Shown here one piece after another: positions 57,905 through 64,000 of a stretch of 64,000 nt of DNA. The stretch spans positions 2,146-66,145 of the forward strand of contig JANRJQ010000010.1 in NCBI GenBank assembly GCA_033763895.1. Reading direction: 5' to 3'. The notes beneath the pieces are model-generated. The model made no database searches. It was given only the letters and a program-made list of their open reading frames with translations, and was not told the DNA's origin. The stretch's first letter is position 1. Every line of letters begins with the position of its first letter. Made by a program: the position numbers and the translations under genes. This stretch comes from Chloroherpetonaceae bacterium (lineage in GTDB: Bacteria > Bacteroidota > Chlorobiia > Chlorobiales > Thermochlorobacteraceae).

Positions 57905-59725
57905 TTATGGGGTTACGGTTTGTATTGATTCTTTACCAAACGGAAACTTTGCACTCATTTTGACAGGAAGTTTGCCTTTTGCTGATACTTCGCCTTTCAG
58001 CCAACGGACGGCCGCTTGTTCGCAGGCTCGTGCTGATGAATAAGCAATAAGATAAGTGGGTGCTTCGGGATAAGCTAATATTAAATAAGGTGTTCCAAAG
58101 GAAATTAAGATGACAGGTGTTTTTGCAGCATTACAAGATTTAATGAGACGCTTCAAAAAGTTATCCAATTCACCATCAAAGCCATATTTGCCTTCAAAGG
58201 AACGAATATCTGCATAGCAGGAAACAACGACAGCTGCCGATTTTGGAATTTCTTTCAAAGTTTCATCAAAATCCATTTTGTTGCTTCGCTTATCAATTCG
58301 AATGCGTTCAGAATATGCAAAGGAATTTTTGAATGCGGTGTAAAAAGCTTCTCCGTAATTAGAAATTGAACTGTTTGAAATTGATATGTTCAGCATTTTT
58401 CGTTTGCGGCGAGTTGTTTTTGGCGCGAGCGGGATGCGCTTTTTTTCCAATTGCAATGCGGTTAATGCATTTTCAGCAATTTCTTGTGAGAGTGAAATCG
58501 ACGATTGATTGCCAACAATATCAGCAAGGGTTTCAAGGTTTGCAAAGCGCTGTTCATGAAGTTTGAGCCATTCCTTTGCGACAAGAATTCGCCGCGCTGA
58601 CTCATTAATTCGTTCTTCGGAAATTCTTCCGATTTGAACAGCTGAGAGCACAGAGGCATAAGCCTCGGTAATGTCAGGTGAATCAAGAATGATGTCGATG
58701 CCCGCATCAATGGCGGCAATAGCGGCCTCACCTGCGGAGTAAAATTTCCGAACGCCCGCCATTCGCATGCCATCAGTAACAATTAGACCTTGAAAATTCA
58801 AGGCTTTTCGAAGAAGGGAATCCACCATCAATTTTGAAAGGCTTGCAGGAATTTTCTCTGAACCGGTAATGGCGGGAACCGCCAAATGCCCCACCATAAT
58901 GGACATCACGCCGTTTTTGATTGCGCTGCGAAATGGCTTTAGTTCGATGCTATCTAAACGCCCCCGCGAAAATTTAAGTATGGGTAAATCTTTGTGGCTA
59001 TCGATTTCGGTATCACCGTGACCGGGAAAGTGTTTAACGGTAGCCAAAATCCCTTGAGACTGTGTACCTAAAATGTAGGCATCAGCCATTGCATTAGTAA
59101 GTTCAATGTTCTCTCCAAAAGAACGCGTGTTGATAATTGGGTTTGAGGGATTGTTATTTAGATCGACCGAGGGTGCATAATTATGATGAATTCCCATTGC
59201 GTGGGCTTCTCGTGCGGTAATCTGCCCGGCTTTATAAGCGAAGAGCGGATTCCAAGTAGCAGCAATACCCATATTGACGGGGAATTCGGTTGCACGGTCG
59301 ATTCGCATCGTTGCACCCCATTCCATATCTGCCGAAATCAAAAGTGGAAATCTTGCATTGCGTTGCAATCGATTAACAAGCATAGCGGCAGAATAAACAT
59401 CCCCTTTCATAAGCATTACCCCGCCGACCTTTCCTGCGCGAATAAGTTCAAGCACGCGTTGATACTGTTCGTTATCGCTTGGTAAAAAAACACTTGAACA
59501 AGAAGCAGCAAAAAGTTGACCGATTTTTTCTTCAATGGTCATTCGATTAAGAACGGCATCTGCCCAAAGTGAAGGTCGAGAAAAAATTTGCTCCGGCTTG
59601 GCTCGCTTTGTCGTATCTAAAAAGGCACTGGTTGGGAATTGGGCTTTGAGTGACTGTAACGATAGAAAGCCTATGACAAAAAACTTAAATAGCTGAGAAA
59701 AGAAATCGTAAACCCTTGATATCAT
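57905..59725 (-). CDS. Glycoside hydrolase family 3 (NagZ-like beta-N-acetylhexosaminidase) with a signal peptide and a C-terminal domain
   Basis: 606 aa. It has the 'KHFPGHGDT' GH3 motif, 'VTDGMRMAG', and an N-terminal signal '...FLSLQSLKAQ'. Confidence 0.8.
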   Translation of the reverse strand: MISRVYDFFSQLFKFFVIGFLSLQSLKAQFPTSAFLDTTKRAKPEQIFSRPSLWADAVLNRMTIEEKIGQLFAASCSSVFLPSDNEQYQRVLELIRAGKVGGVMLMKGDVYSAAMLVNRLQRNARFPLLISADMEWGATMRIDRATEFPVNMGIAATWNPLFAYKAGQITAREAHAMGIHHNYAPSVDLNNNPSNPIINTRSFGENIELTNAMADAYILGTQSQGILATVKHFPGHGDTEIDSHKDLPILKFSRGRLDSIELKPFRSAIKNGVMSIMVGHLAVPAITGSEKIPASLSKLMVDSLLRKALNFQGLIVTDGMRMAGVRKFYSAGEAAIAAIDAGIDIILDSPDITEAYASVLSAVQIGRISEERINESARRILVAKEWLKLHEQRFANLETLADIVGNQSSISLSQEIAENALTALQLEKKRIPLAPKTTRRKRKMLNISISNSSISNYGEAFYTAFKNSFAYSERIRIDKRSNKMDFDETLKEIPKSAAVVVSCYADIRSFEGKYGFDGELDNFLKRLIKSCNAAKTPVILISFGTPYLILAYPEAPTYLIAYSSARACEQAAVRWLKGEVSAKGKLPVKMSAKFPFGKESIQTVTP

Positions 59726-59808
59726 TGGTGAAGATTGTTGAAGGAAAAATCAAACGATGTAACTGTGAAAATCAAATTTGGTGTAAATAAGAAACAAGAT
59801 GAATAAAA

Positions 59809-61914
59809 TCAATGGCTTGAGACAGGTAACTCGATAAAAAAAGTTGACCCTGCGCCTTTCCCTTGTGAATGGGCGTAAATATCGCCACCGTGATCGGTGA
59901 TTAACTTCTTAGCAATATAAAGCCCCAAGCCGGAAGAGCTTTCTCCGCCGGTTGGTTTTGCAGAAAGTTTTTGGAAACGGCCGAACAGCTTGGCTTGGTC
60001 TTCAGCCGTGAGTCCTTGGCCTTCGTCTTTAATAGAAATACGCAAGGGTGAAGAGCCGTTTCCATCCCTGTTCGATTTAGGCGATTCAAAATTAACCCAA
60101 ATTGTTTTTCCGGGAGGAGAGTACTTGATTGCATTTGATATCAAATTATCAACAACCTCTTTGAATTTTTCTTTATCAACTTCAGCAATAAAAGAATTGC
60201 AATCGGTTTCAAAAACAATCGATTGCCCTTTGCGAGATTTCTGATAGTCATTCAATTCGATTACGCCTTTAATGAGATGAGGAAGATCAACGCGTGAAAA
60301 ATTTAATTCCATTCCAAACGCTTTCGGAGCGGAGTCGAGTAAATCTTTGATGAGCGAAAGCATTCGATCGGAAGAGAGGAAAATCCGCCGAATCATATCA
60401 AGATTTTGCGTGGTAATGGGTTTATCCAATTTGGTTTGTTCTTGCAAGATTTCGCTATATCCCAAAACGGATTGCAGGGGATTCTTTAAATCGTGGGCAG
60501 CGATTCGAATCAAATCATCCTTAAATGCAACGGCTTCGTAAGCGATTTTCCTTTGGCGTTCTGCTTCCGCGCGCTGTTCTTCCTTTTCTTTCAGGGCAAG
60601 GGCTAAGGCTTCATTTTTTTGGCGAATTTCGTTTTCAGATTTCTGCTTGACATAGGAAAAAAATGATAGCGCAACAAGCGATATTACTAAGATAATTACA
60701 CCAGCGATAAATTGATTTTGAGTGATACGTTGAGAGGCGATTTCGAGCTGCTGCTCGGCTTTGGTGATTGAGAGTTCGGCAATTTCGCGCTCCTTTTTTG
60801 CAACCTCATATTGCTCTCTAAAATTGGCTGCGGCCTTCAAGGATTCCTGACTTAAAACCGTGTCTTTGAAATCGGAGTAAACTTTAAAGTACTTCAAAGC
60901 TGTTGAAGCTTCTCCCAATTTCTCGTAAAGTGAACTCAATAGAAAAGCCGCATCTTTAATTTCCGATTGTACATGAATTGAATCCGCAATAGCTAACGAT
61001 TGCTTTGCAAATGGGATTCCTTTTTTCGGTTCACCGGTTGCCAAATACACTTTTCCCAAACCCTTCAAGGCATAGGTGTATAAGCGAGGAGCAGATAGTT
61101 TCTTTAAGATGTCAAGCGATTCTTGATAAAGCAATTTCGCCTTGGCGTATTGCTTTAAATCGAAATACACATCGGCAATTCCAATTAATGTATTCGCGAC
61201 GCCTCGGATATCACCAAGCTTTCTTCTGATTTCAAGAGAGCGGTTATATGATTTCAAGGCATCATCATTGCGTTTCATTTGATGCTCGGTGCTAGCAATG
61301 TTTACGAGCAAGATGGATATTCCTCGGTTGTTATTCAGATTTTCAAATGCTTTCAAAGCAGAATTATAAAACTTCAGAGCTTCGTCGAAATTCGATTGCT
61401 CGCTATAAACATTCGCGATATTATTCAAAAGCCGAGCTTCCTTGACGGTATCTTTTAGGAATTCAGAAATATGCAACGCTCTGAAGTAATGAGTTAATGC
61501 AGGCGTGTACTGACCTTGTTCCGAAAATGCTGCACCGAGTGTGGTTAAGGAACTTAAAGCACCGATACTATCGCCGAGTGTTTCATAAATTTTAAGGCTT
61601 TTGAAGAGATACTCTTTGCCCTCGCTGTAGCGGCTTTGATAGACATAATTGATTCCAAAAGCATTGTATGCCGCCGCGATTCCCTTTTGATACCCAATTG
61701 ATTTAGAAAGTTCAAGTGCAGCGCTGGCGCAGCTATCGGCTGAGTTATAATCATCATTGTTATAAAATTCAGATGCTTGATAGGCAAGCGAATCGGCAAG
61801 GGCTTGTTTAGCTTCGAGTTCGGGAGACTGTGCGAAGAGGATATGCTGAGAGAGCGTCACAAAAAATGTGAAAATAAAAAGGGTTTTAATGATTTTTTGT
61901 GACGCTTTCTTCAT
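59809..61914 (-). CDS. TPR-repeat sensor histidine kinase (no adjacent response regulator)
   Basis: 701 aa: signal peptide, TPR repeats, a TM helix ('FIAGVIILVISLVALSFF'), then H-box 'AAHDLKNPL', N-box 'LISNAIKY', 'DEGQGL' and 'GLGLYIA'. Confidence 0.85.
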   Translation of the reverse strand: MKKASQKIIKTLFIFTFFVTLSQHILFAQSPELEAKQALADSLAYQASEFYNNDDYNSADSCASAALELSKSIGYQKGIAAAYNAFGINYVYQSRYSEGKEYLFKSLKIYETLGDSIGALSSLTTLGAAFSEQGQYTPALTHYFRALHISEFLKDTVKEARLLNNIANVYSEQSNFDEALKFYNSALKAFENLNNNRGISILLVNIASTEHQMKRNDDALKSYNRSLEIRRKLGDIRGVANTLIGIADVYFDLKQYAKAKLLYQESLDILKKLSAPRLYTYALKGLGKVYLATGEPKKGIPFAKQSLAIADSIHVQSEIKDAAFLLSSLYEKLGEASTALKYFKVYSDFKDTVLSQESLKAAANFREQYEVAKKEREIAELSITKAEQQLEIASQRITQNQFIAGVIILVISLVALSFFSYVKQKSENEIRQKNEALALALKEKEEQRAEAERQRKIAYEAVAFKDDLIRIAAHDLKNPLQSVLGYSEILQEQTKLDKPITTQNLDMIRRIFLSSDRMLSLIKDLLDSAPKAFGMELNFSRVDLPHLIKGVIELNDYQKSRKGQSIVFETDCNSFIAEVDKEKFKEVVDNLISNAIKYSPPGKTIWVNFESPKSNRDGNGSSPLRISIKDEGQGLTAEDQAKLFGRFQKLSAKPTGGESSSGLGLYIAKKLITDHGGDIYAHSQGKGAGSTFFIELPVSSH

Positions 61915-61919
61915 TCGCT

Positions 61920-62417
61920 TTATCTATAGTTATCGTACTGAAGGGCAACTGGGAGTTCAATTGTAAGCAAGTGCTTTTGAATGGCTTGAAGGTCATCCAA
62001 TTGCTTGCCTGTTACGCGAACGGAATCGCCTTGAACCTGAGCGTTGACTTTCAATTTGGTTTCTTTAATGGCAGTCGTAATTTTTTTTGCGATTTCTTTA
62101 TCGATGCCTTGTTTCAGTTTCACTTTTTGGCGCAAGCTGTTGTGCGTGGCGGGTTCAAGCTTCCCAAAGTCTAACACCTTCGTCGCGATACCACGCTTAA
62201 TCATTTTTGATTGAAGAATATCGACGACGGATTTCAATGTGAATTCACTTGCCGATTCAAGGGTGATTTCCATATCCTTTTGGTTAAAAAGAATATCGGA
62301 ACCGGTGTCTTTTAAATCATAACGCTGCGCAAGTTCCTTCTTGGCTTGATTGAGTGCATTATCAAGCTCTTGCATATCAATTTTTGAAACGATGTCAAAT
62401 GAATGTTCCGATGCCAT
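61920..62417 (-). CDS. yajQ: YajQ-family nucleotide / cyclic-di-GMP-binding protein (UPF0234)
   Basis: 165 aa, collinear with E. coli YajQ ('SFDIVS..D.QE..NA', 'KLKQGI', 'KLKV.AQ.QGD..RVTGK..DDLQA'). Confidence 0.85.
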   Translation of the reverse strand: MASEHSFDIVSKIDMQELDNALNQAKKELAQRYDLKDTGSDILFNQKDMEITLESASEFTLKSVVDILQSKMIKRGIATKVLDFGKLEPATHNSLRQKVKLKQGIDKEIAKKITTAIKETKLKVNAQVQGDSVRVTGKQLDDLQAIQKHLLTIELPVALQYDNYR

Positions 62418-62486
62418 AAACGAGTTAAAGAATTTAAGTAAAAAAAATATGGTGATTGAATTAGTGTAAATATAGTGAAACCGAAT

Positions 62487-63425
62487 TTACCGCCGTTTCT
62501 TATCAAGTGTTGCATTAACGGCGCGTTTTACAAAGCCGTTTGCTTTTTTCAAACTTTCTTCTGCTTCTTCTTTGGTACAAACCAGAAAGTACATAGTAAT
62601 TGCGGTTTTCAATTTGCCGCCCGCGGTTTCCAGCAAGGCTTCGGCGGTTTCATAATCGGCTCCGGTGGCAAGCATGAAGATTCGCTTCGTTCGCTCAACG
62701 AGTTTCAAGTTTGTTTGCTGCAAGTCAATCATCATGTTTCCATAGGTTTTCCCATTCAGAATCATTGCTCCGGTAGAAACCATATTCAATACCATTTTAT
62801 GTGATGTTCCGGCTTTAAGCCGTGTTGAACCCATAATAACCTCGGGGCCAACAAGGGTGCGAATCACCACGCTTGCCGGTTCTTTGACATCGGGGTTTGA
62901 GGTAAGAAAAATGGTTTTGGCTTTAAGCTTGCGTGCGAAACGAAGCCCGCCCAGCACAAAAGGCGTGCGTTTGCTCGCGCTGATGCCGAAAAGAACATCG
63001 TGCTTCGAAAAACCACGCCTTTTTAATTCATTTGATGCAGCAGTTTCATCATCTTCGGCACCTTCGACGGACCGAAAAACCGCGTCATTCCCACCGGCGA
63101 TAATCCCTTGAACCAAATCGGGTGAAACACCAAATGTTGGCGGGCACTCCGAAGCATCGAGTATGCCAAGCCTTCCCGAGGTTCCGGCACCCAAGTAAAA
63201 CAAGCGACCACCGTTTTGAAATGCTTTCGCGACGAGCTGAATTGCGCGCGCGATTTCTGGCAGAGATTCGCCGACAGCCTTTGCTACGCGTGCGTCTTCG
63301 CGGTTGATGAGACGGGCAATCTCAAGCGCACCGGCTTCATCAATTTTTTTGGTTCGTGTATTGACTTGTTCTGTGAGAAGGGAAGAGATTTCACGAAAAA
63401 TGAGTTTTGATTTGCTTGTTGCCAC
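62487..63425 (-). CDS. murQ: N-acetylmuramic acid 6-phosphate etherase
   Basis: 312 aa. The SIS domain has 'LFYLGAGTSGRLG', 'DASECPPTFG' and 'GSTRLKAGT'. Confidence 0.9.
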   Translation of the reverse strand: MATSKSKLIFREISSLLTEQVNTRTKKIDEAGALEIARLINREDARVAKAVGESLPEIARAIQLVAKAFQNGGRLFYLGAGTSGRLGILDASECPPTFGVSPDLVQGIIAGGNDAVFRSVEGAEDDETAASNELKRRGFSKHDVLFGISASKRTPFVLGGLRFARKLKAKTIFLTSNPDVKEPASVVIRTLVGPEVIMGSTRLKAGTSHKMVLNMVSTGAMILNGKTYGNMMIDLQQTNLKLVERTKRIFMLATGADYETAEALLETAGGKLKTAITMYFLVCTKEEAEESLKKANGFVKRAVNATLDKKRR

Positions 63426-63596
63426 AGTAAGAAAACTTATTAAAGTCTATTGAAAGAATCATAATGAAAAAAAATCTGAATATTTGAATGCTGATAAGTA
63501 ATGAAATTATCGAAAGTTATCGCAACGTTTCCTATTTTGAAGAAGTCAAAAATGTTATCTAACTCAATTATAATTTATTATTAAAGGAGAATGGTA

Positions 63597-64000
63597 TGAA
63601 AATATTAAAATATATCGGTTATGGTTTTGGTGTTCTTTTATTACTTGTAGTGGTGTTGATTATTGCAATGCCGTCACAGTTTACTATTGTGCGAAAAGCA
63701 ACCATCAAAGCGCCGAAGAAAGTCGTTTATGAGCGGGTCATTTATTTCAAAAATTTTCCTAAATGGAGCCCGTGGCAAGATTTTGACCCGAAAATGACAA
63801 CATCGATAAAAGGTGAAGACGGGAAAGTGGGTGCGGTGTATGAATGGTCGGGCAATGATTCGGTTGGCAAAGGAACACAAAGCATAACGGCAGTTACGGA
63901 AGAGCGAATTGATTTAGACTTACATTTTATCACCCCGTTTGAATCTCACAGCAAAACAGACTATGTGGTGAAAGCCATTTCGGAAGTGGAGACAGAAATT
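63597..64000 (+). CDS. SRPBCC (START/polyketide-cyclase-like) family protein, membrane-anchored; 3' end outside the window
   Basis: Not in the ORF track because it runs off the window. The ATG at 63597 is preceded by AAAGGAGAA. Translation: 'MKILKYIGYGFGVLLLLVVVLIIAMPSQFTIVRKATIKAPKKVVYERVIYFKNFPKWSPW...'. Confidence 0.6.

Noticed and set aside
1-64000. A search for CRISPR arrays, IS elements, transposases, integrases, phage genes, toxin-antitoxin pairs or recognisable defence systems.
   Set aside because: I saw no repeat-spacer periodicity, no terminal inverted repeats flanking an ORF, and no recombinase, reverse-transcriptase or nuclease-NTPase pairing. The gene content is mainly housekeeping. 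A computational repeat scan would be needed to exclude short dispersed repeats.

Overview
This looks like a core-chromosome segment of an FCB-superphylum bacterium (Ignavibacteriota, Chlorobiota or Bacteroidota-like). The evidence is a T9SS-type C-terminal sorting domain and visible Shine-Dalgarno sites; the exact taxon cannot be determined from this window. I count about 55 protein genes and one tRNA-Ala(CGC). I saw no rRNA, CRISPR array, transposase, integrase or phage genes.

Gene content, left to right:
- a T9SS-secreted protein tail, a membrane desaturase and a CheY-like receiver
- a five-gene block of TldD/PmbA-family proteins (TldD-TldD-TldE, terminator, TldD-TldE), in which every TldD carries a twin-arginine signal
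- dut, an S9 peptidase, an ABC ATPase and dprA
- the conserved ffh-rpsP-rimM-trmD-rplS cluster
- uvrA, overlapping a 1153-aa membrane-anchored coiled-coil protein
- DUF971, smpB, a family-5 solute-binding lipoprotein, DUF1015 and scpA
- a histidine kinase with a dual-receiver regulator
- rpsA, uvrB and tRNA-Ala
- a polytopic membrane protein and an orphan winged-helix regulator
- two Skp/OmpH genes, an SGNH esterase, a HIT protein, a TPR protein and a 915-aa putative outer-membrane protein
- dnaX, a lipoprotein, hslVU, acylphosphatase, ferredoxin and a cNMP-binding protein
- a beta-CASP nuclease
- a long minus-strand run that mixes peptidoglycan-recycling enzymes (murQ, a GH3 NagZ-like enzyme) with signalling proteins (yajQ, a TPR histidine kinase, a TPR adenylate cyclase)

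The clearest sequence-level anomaly is in dnaX. The zero frame stops six codons after an A9G tract that contains the classical A_AAA_AAG slippery heptamer. The -1 frame then stays open for 227 more codons and encodes a DnaX C-terminal-like domain. Full-length tau therefore seems to need recoding, unless the assembly has a homopolymer error.

The best candidate for an undescribed system is the Tat-signal TldD / signal-less TldE cluster. Most of the rest of the window is ordinary housekeeping.
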